Virus record (IMG/VR): IMGVR_UViG_3300034061_003767 | Strand: one strand, 5' to 3' | Source: an uncultured virus (IMG/VR IMGVR_UViG_3300034061_003767) | Lineage: Duplodnaviria; Heunggongvirae; Uroviricota; Caudoviricetes | Length of the DNA: 20,000 nt | In this document: positions 7,898 through 17,219 of the stretch, one piece after another | How positions within the stretch are numbered: the stretch's first letter is position 1 | How the letters are laid out: each line of letters begins with the position of its first letter | The notes under the pieces: model-generated | Database searches by the model: none | The model's input: only the letters and a program-made list of their open reading frames with translations | Told to the model about the DNA's origin: nothing | Made by a program: the position numbers and the translations under genes

Positions 7898-8758
7898 ATG
7901 AATATATTAATTACAGGACATAAAGGATTCGTTGGAAAATATTTTGTTACAAAATATGCTAATCATAATATTGTAGGAATCGACATCAAAGATGGTAACG
8001 ATGTTAGAGATTTTTTCAAAAAAGATTTTTCTGCTTTTGATTTGGTTATACATCTTGCGGCTATTGTAGGAGGCAGACAAACTATAGAGGGATCTCCAAT
8101 ATCTGTTGCTATTGACTTATCGATTGATGCTGAGTTTTTTAGTTGGTGCTTAAAGGCTAAACCTAAACATATAATATATTTTTCTTCATCAGCAGCATAT
8201 CCGATTAAATATCAATATTCTAATTCTAATATTAAGCTATCTGAAGATTTGATAGATTTAGATAATGTAGAATCTCCAGATCTTACTTATGGATGGGCAA
8301 AATTAACTGGTGAATATTTAGCTAAATTTGTAAGTCATGAAATTAATACTACAATTTTTCGCCCATTTTCTGGGTATGGTTCTGACCAAGATTTGTCCTA
8401 CCCTTTTCCTTCTTTTATTAAAAGAGCATATGAAAAACAAAATCCTTTCGAGATATGGGGTGACGGAACACAAGTTAGAGATTTTATACATATTCAAGAC
8501 ATTGTGGATGCTGTTGATGTGTGTGTTCAAAATAAAATTACCGGCACTTATAATCTTGGATCTGGCATACCTACTTCTTTTAATGATTTAGCAAATCAAC
8601 TATGTGATATAGTTGGTTACCAGCCCTATATCCTGCATAAACCATCTGCTCCTACTGGTGTAATGTATAGGGTTTGTGATCCAACTAAAATGCTAAATTT
8701 TTATAAGCCAAAAATTACTTTAGAACAAGGTATTAATTTAGCTTTAAATTCTATATGA
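7898..8758 (+). CDS. NAD-dependent NDP-sugar epimerase/dehydratase (extended SDR)
   Basis: ITGHKGFVG, VIHLAA, FSSSAAY, YGWAK (YxxxK), WGDGTQVRDFIHI. Confidence 0.92.
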   Translation: MNILITGHKGFVGKYFVTKYANHNIVGIDIKDGNDVRDFFKKDFSAFDLVIHLAAIVGGRQTIEGSPISVAIDLSIDAEFFSWCLKAKPKHIIYFSSSAAYPIKYQYSNSNIKLSEDLIDLDNVESPDLTYGWAKLTGEYLAKFVSHEINTTIFRPFSGYGSDQDLSYPFPSFIKRAYEKQNPFEIWGDGTQVRDFIHIQDIVDAVDVCVQNKITGTYNLGSGIPTSFNDLANQLCDIVGYQPYILHKPSAPTGVMYRVCDPTKMLNFYKPKITLEQGINLALNSI

Positions 8759-10572
8759 GAGTAGCCCATCGTCTAGCAAAGAAATGTCAATCTGATAATT
8801 TGATTAATTTATCCGTTTCTTTTACAAATGCAGACATTTTAAATGATCATATTATTGATGTATTTATCAATAAAAATATAAACATTACAGATAAAAGCAT
8901 ATTGGTTTTGTCTTTAGTTAATAATTGTGGGAATAGTATATACTATATCGATAAATTTATTCAAGAACTATCAGAAGTATTTAATAATATTAAATTTTGT
9001 TTTTTTTCTAATAACAATAAAGACCCAACACATAAAATCTTAGATAATTTAGAACAAGCTTATAAAAATAATGTTTATATTATAAGACATAAAGATGAAC
9101 CTATCTCTATTGTAGATAGAATTTATAAATTTGCAGAATATCGTAATATTAATTTTATAGAAGCAATTAATAAGTTTGGTACAGATTTTGATTATTTAAT
9201 AGTTTTTGATTCTGATTTATCTGATAGTATTCCGATTCAACCTATAGTTGATAGTCTAAAAATAGAAAACATAGATTGGTCTTGTATAACTGGGAACCAT
9301 TGTTATAAAAATTCTTCCTATTATTATGACGATCTAGCATTAAGATTTATTAATGATCCTATCAATATAAGAGACAAATATAAAAATTTTGATATTTTTT
9401 ATGGAAAATCTGAATACTGGCTAGATAATTTATATCTAATGAACAATTGGATTAAAGTTAAATCTGCTTTTGGTGGTCTTAGTATTTATAAAATGCCAGA
9501 AGTTTTAGATATTTTTCATACCCATCATCATTTATATGATATGGAAAACCTACCAGAATATACTGCTGAGCATATAGCTCTAAATCTTAAACTTACCAAA
9601 GATATTTTAATTAATCCTAATATCAAATATACCAATACTGTTAACATAGAGGGAAAAATGTATAATCATCCTATAGCTTTTGTTCCTAGAGATGCTGGAT
9701 TCTTTTCTGTATTTAATTTCTATGTGGGGTGTCTAACTCAAGGAGGTAGGTCATATCCCCTATGGAATAAACAAGAACTACTGAATATGCATAGAACTAA
9801 TGATCATTTTGCATACTGGACAGAGAATTTTAATTGTTGGTTCGATTATTTTGAGCCTGTTGAATTTTTTGCTAATGATACAACACATATATCTCAAGAA
9901 TATTTAAAACTACCAAGATATTCTGGTGAACAAGGACCAGAGGAATTTAGAATACCAGATAAAACTAAACAATTATTAAAGGGAGATAAAGAAACTTTTA
10001 AACAATGGCGAATCAATGTTCATAAGTTTTTCAAAACCTTTGTAAAGTTCAAACCCGAAATTGTCGATAGTGTCAATGAAATTTGGGACGATAATTTTGG
10101 TGATAGTCAGAACATTATCGGGATCCATTATAGACATCCAAGCCATTTTATAGAGAGTGGTAAAATATATTTAGAAGACTATTTCTCTAAAATAGATACT
10201 ATTCTAAAAGAACATCCTAGATCAAAGATTTTTTTAGCGTCTGATAGTCAATTTGGTATTTATTCTTTTGTAGAAAGATATGGCAATAGGGTTTTTTATA
10301 TCCAAGATATTGATAGATTAAGCATGGCGGAGTTTTTACAGTGGGCTTTTGGATTAGCCGACGGTAAGGCGGATCATGTTGGTTTTATCAACGGGAAAGG
10401 ATACGAACTTCACCATAAACGAGTAGGCAAAATAGATAATAAAAAAATGACCACCGATCTTCTCAAAGAAGTTCTATGTTTATCCCGTTGCAATCAAATT
10501 ATTAATAATATTTCTAATATTCCATTAGCTATTAGCTATATAAATCCGGAGGTTGAAATTATCACACTATGA
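8755..10572 (+). CDS. two-domain glycosyltransferase: N-terminal CAP59/GT69-like GT-A plus C-terminal NodZ/GT23-like (fucosyltransferase-type) domain
   Basis: N-half: FAEYRN, DYLIVFDSD, YDDLALR, VKSAFGGLSIYK, EH. C-half: DAGFFSVFN, IGIHYR, IFLASD, LSRC...SN. Confidence 0.75.
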   Translation: MRVAHRLAKKCQSDNLINLSVSFTNADILNDHIIDVFINKNINITDKSILVLSLVNNCGNSIYYIDKFIQELSEVFNNIKFCFFSNNNKDPTHKILDNLEQAYKNNVYIIRHKDEPISIVDRIYKFAEYRNINFIEAINKFGTDFDYLIVFDSDLSDSIPIQPIVDSLKIENIDWSCITGNHCYKNSSYYYDDLALRFINDPINIRDKYKNFDIFYGKSEYWLDNLYLMNNWIKVKSAFGGLSIYKMPEVLDIFHTHHHLYDMENLPEYTAEHIALNLKLTKDILINPNIKYTNTVNIEGKMYNHPIAFVPRDAGFFSVFNFYVGCLTQGGRSYPLWNKQELLNMHRTNDHFAYWTENFNCWFDYFEPVEFFANDTTHISQEYLKLPRYSGEQGPEEFRIPDKTKQLLKGDKETFKQWRINVHKFFKTFVKFKPEIVDSVNEIWDDNFGDSQNIIGIHYRHPSHFIESGKIYLEDYFSKIDTILKEHPRSKIFLASDSQFGIYSFVERYGNRVFYIQDIDRLSMAEFLQWAFGLADGKADHVGFINGKGYELHHKRVGKIDNKKMTTDLLKEVLCLSRCNQIINNISNIPLAISYINPEVEIITL

Positions 10573-11423
10573 ACATACAGGAACTATTACCTCCATCAGC
10601 AGAATTTATAGATCGATATAATAATAATATTGAGCTTGGTAAATCTTTTCTAAAAGATAAAAAAATAGTTATTATTGGTTTGGCCAGAAATATAGCAAAT
10701 AGTATCGAGGATTCATTATCAAAACTAGTAGACTTTGCACAAAATGCTAAAGACTATAAAATTATTATTTTTGAAAACGATTCAAGTGATAATACACGCG
10801 AGATATTAGAGAATATAAAAAAAGATAATCCTAATATTATAACTCTTTATGAAACCCATAATCGACCACAGTTTGGACAGGTACAAGATACAGAGCGTAC
10901 TATGGCTTTGGCAGAATATAGAAATACTCTAAGAGAGTACATCAATACGCATCTGCTAGACTACGATTACGTAATTGTTTCTGATATGGATTTTATTGAC
11001 TTCAGCGACCTAGGCTGCTATAATTCTTTTGGCTGGTTGGCTCGTCATACAGACACAATTGATGCTGTAGCGGGTAATTCTTTTGAATATAAAAACGTAA
11101 CATTGGCTAATCAAAAAAGTTTATGGAACTACGATAGTTGGGCATTTAGATATACATGGTGGAATCAGTTGCCTGTTTTAGATTCTATGACTTATAGTGG
11201 AATGTTATGGTTTGGATTTTTTATTATGCCGGTTGGTTCTACAATAATTCCTGTAAATAGTGCTTTTGGTGGTATGACAATATATAAGACGCATCAATTT
11301 GTTCAGGGTACTTATGATGGTTATGATTGCGAGCATGTGTGTTTTCATTATAGTTTAAAACAAAAAATACCATCATTTCAGCTGGTATTAAACCCTTCTC
11401 AAACAATGGTATTTAAAGAATGA
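10569..11423 (+). CDS. CAP59/GT69-like GT-A glycosyltransferase
   Basis: IFENDSSDNT, R..ALAEYRN, VIVSDMD, YDSWAFR, PVNSAFGGMTIYK, CEHVCFH. Confidence 0.8.
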   Translation: MNIQELLPPSAEFIDRYNNNIELGKSFLKDKKIVIIGLARNIANSIEDSLSKLVDFAQNAKDYKIIIFENDSSDNTREILENIKKDNPNIITLYETHNRPQFGQVQDTERTMALAEYRNTLREYINTHLLDYDYVIVSDMDFIDFSDLGCYNSFGWLARHTDTIDAVAGNSFEYKNVTLANQKSLWNYDSWAFRYTWWNQLPVLDSMTYSGMLWFGFFIMPVGSTIIPVNSAFGGMTIYKTHQFVQGTYDGYDCEHVCFHYSLKQKIPSFQLVLNPSQTMVFKE

Positions 11424-11557
11424 CAATCGTTTTATCTTTAGCAATAATTATTGGCATTTTAAATTGTATGAAAACTATTTCGGATACAAGATTAGGATAT
11501 CTTCCAGCCGTCAAACCTTCGAAAAATTTAATCAGTTTTACTTTTTTAAATGAATAA
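11420..11557 (+). CDS. 45-aa small protein with a hydrophobic N-terminus
   Basis: MTIVLSLAIIIGILNCMKT...FLNE*; ATGA overlap with the upstream stop and an 8-nt overlap with the downstream start; below the ORF-track cut-off. Confidence 0.6.
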   Translation: MTIVLSLAIIIGILNCMKTISDTRLGYLPAVKPSKNLISFTFLNE

Positions 11558-12092
11558 TCGTCTACACAATCAAAGAGTTTATCTCGCTGGTGCTATGGAC
11601 AGAGTTGCTGATCGTGGTACAGGTTGGCGAGATAGTATAACTCCATTCTTACAAAGTTTAGAAATTGTGGTATTCAATCCGATTAGTAAGCCTACAGATA
11701 TTGGATTAGAAGATCATGATACTCATCAAATCAAAACTAAGCTCAAACAAATGGGCAGATATGACGAATTAGCTGCTATGATGAAAACTATTCGTAGTGT
11801 AGATTTACGTCTAGTAGATATTAGTGATTTTTTAGTAGTCAATCTAGACTTAGATATTCATCCATGCGGCACATACGAAGAAATTACATGGGCCAACCGA
11901 CAAAAAAAACCCATTATCATACATATGGTCCAAGGTAAGGGTCATGCTCCAGATTGGTTGTTTGGAATGATTCCTCATCAAATGATTTTTTCCAACTGGG
12001 ATGAAATCAAAAACTATCTAAATCATATTAACAATTCAGAAAATATAGACACACATAAAAGGTGGTATTTCTTCAATGCAAAAAATAATTAA
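11550..12092 (+). CDS. nucleoside 2'-deoxyribosyltransferase / nucleotide N-glycosidase-like protein
   Basis: VYLAGAM, VFNP, DLRLVDISDFLVV, GTYEEI (catalytic Glu), KKPII. Confidence 0.82.
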   Translation: MNNRLHNQRVYLAGAMDRVADRGTGWRDSITPFLQSLEIVVFNPISKPTDIGLEDHDTHQIKTKLKQMGRYDELAAMMKTIRSVDLRLVDISDFLVVNLDLDIHPCGTYEEITWANRQKKPIIIHMVQGKGHAPDWLFGMIPHQMIFSNWDEIKNYLNHINNSENIDTHKRWYFFNAKNN

Positions 12093-13194
12093 CGAAACAA
12101 AACTAGATTTTGATGACGTTTTGATTAGGCCAAAACGATCTACTCTGAATAGTCGAGCAGAAGTAGATTTGGTTCGTACTTTTAAATTTGCTCATAGTCC
12201 ACGACAATTAAATTGTGTACCGATTATGGTGGCAAATATGGATACTGTTGGTACATTTGAAATAGCTAAATCGTTATGTAAACAGCAAGCTATCACCTGT
12301 CTGCACAAACATTATAAAACAATAGATTATGTTGCATTTTATATTGATCATAGCATAGTTAATAAAAATCTTGCTTTTTATTCTGTTGGCACAAGTCAGA
12401 AAGATATAGAAAAAGTAATTGATGTATTTGATCAAATTAAAAGACTTGGCTTTGAAACACCAAATATTTGTTTGGATGTTGCTAATGGATATACTGAACA
12501 ATTTGTAAAAACGGCTGCTCATATTAGAAAATTATTTCCAGAAATTATTATTATGGCTGGTAATGTTGTTACTCAAGAAATGGTCGAAGAACTAATTATT
12601 CATGGAAAAGTCGATATAGTCAAGGTCGGTATAGGGTCAGGCAGTGTTTGTACCACTCGTTTAAAAACGGGCGTCGGATACCCTCAATTGAGTGCTGTGA
12701 TGGAGTGTTCGGATGCTGCTCATGGTCTTGGTGGGCATATTTGTTCTGACGGAGGCTGTAAAATAGTCGGAGACATTTGTAAGGCTTTTGGTGGTAATGC
12801 TGATTTTGTAATGTTGGGTAGTATGTTTGCTGGTGCTGATGAGTGCGAAGGAGAATGGAAATACGAATGGAAAATGAGAAGTGGTGGATGGCAACCTTTT
12901 GACCCACAATCTCCTGATGTTGAAAAACGCAAAGTATCATTACAATATTATGGAATGAGTAGCAAAAACGCTATGGATAAACACCATAACGGAGTTGCAG
13001 AATATAGAACAGCAGAGGGTAAGTGTGTCATAGTACCATATAAAGGAAAAGCAGAAGAAATATTACAAGACATTTATGGTGGTATGCGTAGCGCGTCCAC
13101 ATACATAGGAGCCACAAAAATAAAAGACTTTGGAAAAAAAACAACATTTATTCAAGTAAACAACACACACAATAAAATTTATGAAAAAAATTAA
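12076..13194 (+). CDS. guaC: GMP reductase
   Basis: LDFDDVLIRPKRSTLNSR, PIMVANMDTVGT, DVANGY, AGNVVT, KVGIGSGSVCTTR..TGVGYPQLSAV, SDGG, YYGMSS, YRTAEGK. Confidence 0.93.
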   Translation: MQKIINETKLDFDDVLIRPKRSTLNSRAEVDLVRTFKFAHSPRQLNCVPIMVANMDTVGTFEIAKSLCKQQAITCLHKHYKTIDYVAFYIDHSIVNKNLAFYSVGTSQKDIEKVIDVFDQIKRLGFETPNICLDVANGYTEQFVKTAAHIRKLFPEIIIMAGNVVTQEMVEELIIHGKVDIVKVGIGSGSVCTTRLKTGVGYPQLSAVMECSDAAHGLGGHICSDGGCKIVGDICKAFGGNADFVMLGSMFAGADECEGEWKYEWKMRSGGWQPFDPQSPDVEKRKVSLQYYGMSSKNAMDKHHNGVAEYRTAEGKCVIVPYKGKAEEILQDIYGGMRSASTYIGATKIKDFGKKTTFIQVNNTHNKIYEKN

Positions 13195-14296
13195 TTTAAA
13201 CTGTCCAATTAACGGTACGGGCTATGGTATAACATCTCTTAATATAGCCAAAGCATTAGTGTCTCTAAATATAGATTTATGTTTATTTCCTATAGGATCT
13301 AAGATAGAAGTAAATTCATTATTAGATGCGGAAATTATCAAAACATTGATGAAAAAAAATGAGTTCTTCCCATACGAAGCTCCGTGTTTAAAAATTTGGC
13401 ATCAACACGATTTAGCTACTAAAATCGGTAACGGTCATTATTATACTTTTCCATTTTTTGAGATAGATACTTTATCCAAAAAAGAAATTCATCATTTAAA
13501 TTGTAGTGACTATATATTTGTAGCTTCTTCTTGGGCCAAAAATATATTAATTAATAATGGAGTTAAAAAACCCATCTACACTGCGCCGCTCGGTGTTGAT
13601 ATGAATATTTTTTATGAACCAAACAAAATTAAAGTAGAACAAGAAAATTATATCTTTTTTCATATAGGAAAATGGGAACACAGAAAATCTCAAGATATTT
13701 TATTAAAGACTTTTGATCAAGCATTTTCAGATAAGGATAATGTGGAACTAAGACTTGTTCCATTCAATCCGTTCCTGTCTGAGCAAGAAAACGATTATTG
13801 GTTTAATTTAGTAGATGCTTGTAAACTCAGAGATAAAATTAAAATATTTGGTAGACTGCCTACTCAATACAATTTGGCTGAATTTATATTTCATGCAGAT
13901 TGTGGTGTTTTTATATCTAGAGCAGAAGGTTGGAATAACGAGGTTATAGAAACTATGGCTATGAATAAGCCGGTGATTACAACAAACTACTCAGCCCACA
14001 CAGAGTATTGCAATGATAAAAATTCTTATCTTGTCAATATAGATCGACTAGAACCAGCAAATGATGGAAAATGGTTTCATGGCGAAGGTAAATGGGCAGA
14101 ATTGGGCCAAAATCAAATAGATCAAACAGTAGAATATATGAGATATGTGTATAATAATCGTATAGACTCTAATCCAGAAGGAGTAAAGGCTGCTGAAAAA
14201 TACTCATGGACTAGAACAGCAGATATTATAAATCAAACTTTTATAGGGAATAATAGCTATTATGCCAATACCAAAACCAGAAAAAAACGAAGATAA
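13181..14296 (+). CDS. GT4-family (GT-B) glycosyltransferase
   Basis: TGYG, FFHIGKWEHRK, SRAEGWNNEVIETMAMNKPVITT (EX7E), YSW. Confidence 0.88.
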   Translation: MKKINLNCPINGTGYGITSLNIAKALVSLNIDLCLFPIGSKIEVNSLLDAEIIKTLMKKNEFFPYEAPCLKIWHQHDLATKIGNGHYYTFPFFEIDTLSKKEIHHLNCSDYIFVASSWAKNILINNGVKKPIYTAPLGVDMNIFYEPNKIKVEQENYIFFHIGKWEHRKSQDILLKTFDQAFSDKDNVELRLVPFNPFLSEQENDYWFNLVDACKLRDKIKIFGRLPTQYNLAEFIFHADCGVFISRAEGWNNEVIETMAMNKPVITTNYSAHTEYCNDKNSYLVNIDRLEPANDGKWFHGEGKWAELGQNQIDQTVEYMRYVYNNRIDSNPEGVKAAEKYSWTRTADIINQTFIGNNSYYANTKTRKKRR

Positions 14297-14930
14297 ACAA
14301 AAGTTTATACAACGTTGCATGAGCAACGATACAATGAAAAAAGATTACCCCAATAATAGTCAAAGAATAGCAGTATGTTTAGGTCAAACAACAAAAAATA
14401 AAGGGTCTATATTATCTTCAGTATTAGATATTTTGGGTTTTTCATTTGGTGAATATTGTGAAGAATGCGGATCTGAAGAAAATTTGACTATTGCTAATTT
14501 AATTATTCCGTCAGAAGAAGACTATGTTGATTTTGGCGAAGATGTTGAAGAATTTGATGTTACAAGTATTGCTAAAACTAAATACGAATATTTAGATCCA
14601 GATACGCAAGAAACATTTTATTTTGATCAAAAGAGAAACTACAAAAAAAATAATAAATATTTAAGATATGTCGGAGAAGCCAAAGGTTCAGAATATCAAG
14701 GTAGAAAAGTAACATTAAATAAACCATTTAGAACACCTGACGGCCCTAAAAAAATGAGTGTCTATGTAAAGAATGAAAAGGGCAATGTCGTAAAAGTAAA
14801 CTTTGGTGATCCAAATATGAAAATTAAGAAAAATATTCCAGAAAGACGCAAAAGTTTTAGAGCAAGACACAACTGTGATAATCCTGGACCAAAATATAAA
14901 GCCCGTTATTGGTCATGTAAGGCTTGGTAA
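14262..14930 (+). CDS. modular hypothetical phage protein
   Basis: N-terminal MPIPKP...FIQRCM...QRIAVC module, a CEEC motif, an acidic linker and a basic C-terminal VNFGDP...RRKSFRARHNC...RYWSC module. Confidence 0.75.
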   Translation: MPIPKPEKNEDKQKFIQRCMSNDTMKKDYPNNSQRIAVCLGQTTKNKGSILSSVLDILGFSFGEYCEECGSEENLTIANLIIPSEEDYVDFGEDVEEFDVTSIAKTKYEYLDPDTQETFYFDQKRNYKKNNKYLRYVGEAKGSEYQGRKVTLNKPFRTPDGPKKMSVYVKNEKGNVVKVNFGDPNMKIKKNIPERRKSFRARHNCDNPGPKYKARYWSCKAW

Positions 14931-15592
14931 TGAATTTAAGCTATTTCTTATCAAAAGATAAAATCGATTCTATCGGTTATGAGACTATATATCTAGAAAA
15001 ACCAATTTCCAATCTTATAGATTTTGAGTGGAAAAATATTCTAGCTGCTCCTCCTAAAAACACTAGCGAAACAACAACAAAGGAATTACTACTAATAGCA
15101 AAGTCTACAAAAAATAGATCTGTTAAAGATATCGAGTTAATTCATAATGTTGACCAAAACCTAGATGAGCCCTTTATATTACTGCTCAATAAATATAATA
15201 TAAAATATCCACAAAATTATATTGATCTATTTTATGATATAGTGCATCCAGTATTACTTAACACCAAAAGTTATTGGAATAGAGCAAGACCCAACCAATT
15301 AGCCAAATATTTTAATATGACTATTAATGTATTAGTAACAGACACCCACCACACAGCAGCATATCCTTCTGGACATACGGTGTATAGTAACTTAGTGGCT
15401 AATATACTTAAAGATTTGTTTCCACAAATTAACACAAAAGAATTAGACCATATAGTAAATGAAACAGCACGAGCCAGAGTATTACAAGGAGTTCACTTTT
15501 CTAGCGATAACAAAGCGTCCATAATTTTTAGCGATTACATGTTCCAAAAACTACATCCAAAACTAAGGAAATATTACAATGACACGATTTAA
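14924..15592 (+). CDS. PAP2-superfamily phosphatase (acid phosphatase/haloperoxidase-type)
   Basis: KSYWNRARP (KX6RP), YPSGH, RVLQGVHFSSD (RX5HX3D). Confidence 0.88.
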   Translation: MVMNLSYFLSKDKIDSIGYETIYLEKPISNLIDFEWKNILAAPPKNTSETTTKELLLIAKSTKNRSVKDIELIHNVDQNLDEPFILLLNKYNIKYPQNYIDLFYDIVHPVLLNTKSYWNRARPNQLAKYFNMTINVLVTDTHHTAAYPSGHTVYSNLVANILKDLFPQINTKELDHIVNETARARVLQGVHFSSDNKASIIFSDYMFQKLHPKLRKYYNDTI

Positions 15593-16211
15593 TGATATTC
15601 TTAACGGAATTAAGAGCGCTGTTGATAATACTAAGGCTCAAACAGATATTTATCCAGAAAACGAATATGAAGATAATAGATTGAGTTTAATTTCTAATGA
15701 TGATATAGAAATGAAAGACGAAGATTCGTCTGATATGAATGAATATAAACAAAGTTACTATGATATGAGTGTAGGCTCCTTAAGAGCGATCATGAACCAC
15801 GCAAAAGACATTCTAGACTATCTAGATAGCCCTATGGTAAAAGAAAATTTGACCGCGCCACACTTACAAGGTATAATCGCCGTAGCAGAGGATCATATGA
15901 GAGGTATCCACGATTTTGTAATGTTTGTGGAAACAGATGACGATGACTATGAAGAAACAGAGTCCGAAGTCAAAAACATTCCAGACCAAGAAAAAAAACG
16001 AAACAAGGTAAAAATTTCAGATTTACCACATTATGAATACCAATATAAAAAGTATCCCGGTGTCACAACAACTATGGGCGAATCTAAAAAGCCAGGATTA
16101 TGGGAAAATATCAGAAAGAAAAAAGAAAGAGAAGGAAAAAAATATCGTCCAGCCAAACCCGGAGACAAAGATAGGCCAGATCCAGAATCTTGGAAACAAG
16201 CACAAAAATAA
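15579..16211 (+). CDS. hypothetical protein with an acidic body and a basic C-terminal GLWENI...KPG motif
   Basis: 210 aa ORF overlapping the upstream gene. Confidence 0.75.
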   Translation: MTRFNDILNGIKSAVDNTKAQTDIYPENEYEDNRLSLISNDDIEMKDEDSSDMNEYKQSYYDMSVGSLRAIMNHAKDILDYLDSPMVKENLTAPHLQGIIAVAEDHMRGIHDFVMFVETDDDDYEETESEVKNIPDQEKKRNKVKISDLPHYEYQYKKYPGVTTTMGESKKPGLWENIRKKKEREGKKYRPAKPGDKDRPDPESWKQAQK

Positions 16212-16239
16212 ACTTGTATCATTGGACTGATATTTAAAA

Positions 16240-16554
16240 ATGCTTGATTTAGAGGATATTATATATTTGGAATGGCTATTTAATAGGCTTTTATATAAAT
16301 ATCAAGATAATCCAATTTATATAAATAAAGCCAAAAACACTCTTCAAAAAATAAAAAACCCACAAATAGACATAACAGATATAGAGCTAAACAAGATACT
16401 TGCTAAATATTTTATAGACTTTAATCTCGATAAAGAAGATAATATAGGATATAACAACGAAGATAGGATTCGATTAAGACTTACTATTAGATCAATAATA
16501 GAAGATATTATTAGTAATAATATTCCGGACAATACTCAGATTCTCATTAACTAA
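16240..16554 (+). CDS. hypothetical protein
   Basis: 104 aa ORF filling the gap, co-oriented with neighbours. Confidence 0.7.
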   Translation: MLDLEDIIYLEWLFNRLLYKYQDNPIYINKAKNTLQKIKNPQIDITDIELNKILAKYFIDFNLDKEDNIGYNNEDRIRLRLTIRSIIEDIISNNIPDNTQILIN

Positions 16555-16568
16555 ATAAAGGATAATAA

Positions 16569-17219
16569 ATGCTATTACAAATGAACGGCATAGGCAAACA
16601 AAAAATTACATATAAAGATCATACAAATATTACTTTTGATAACTTAGACGATTATCTCATATTAGCAAAAAAAGCAATATCAAAATTCTCCCATCCTATG
16701 TCAAAAAAAATGCTTAAAGATGAAGATGCTATATCTTTAGTTGCTAATGCCATTATGATGGCAGATTGGAGATGGGATGAAAACTACCAAAGTAAACAAG
16801 GAACTAAAAAAACAAAATATTCCTACAGAAACCAATGTGCTATTTGGGCAATTCAAACCTATTTATCGAAAGAGTATCAAAAGAATAAAAAATATGATAA
16901 AATCTATTCTTTAGATTATGTTTCAGAGTCGGAGGATAGTATCGCTCATAACCTAGTTGAAGATAAAAAAAATTTAACACCATATGAAATTGCAATCAAA
17001 AACGAAAAAGAAGATAATACTAGTGGTCTGGTAGAAATAATCTTGAGCCTTGATTGTTTGTCTGATAGACAAAAAGACTATCTTAAATTATACTTTTTAG
17101 AATCAGAGACTTTTGAAAATATTGGGAAAAAATACGGCATTACAAGAGAAGCTGTGAGACAAGGACTAAATAAAGCTATATTAACAATAAGGAGTCATAT
17201 CAGTGAATTCTCAATATAA
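16569..17219 (+). CDS. sigma-70-family-like RNA polymerase sigma factor (divergent)
   Basis: Region 2-like EDAIS...MADWRWD...YSYRNQCAIWAI; region 3-like 'YSLD'; region 4 HTH LSDRQKDYLKLYF...TFENIGKKYGITREAVRQ; AAGGA SD. Confidence 0.8.
   Translation: MLLQMNGIGKQKITYKDHTNITFDNLDDYLILAKKAISKFSHPMSKKMLKDEDAISLVANAIMMADWRWDENYQSKQGTKKTKYSYRNQCAIWAIQTYLSKEYQKNKKYDKIYSLDYVSESEDSIAHNLVEDKKNLTPYEIAIKNEKEDNTSGLVEIILSLDCLSDRQKDYLKLYFLESETFENIGKKYGITREAVRQGLNKAILTIRSHISEFSI

Noticed and set aside
8337..8591. Alternative-frame + strand ORF inside the epimerase (likewise 16033-16230)
   Set aside because: Nested in stronger genes with no motif support
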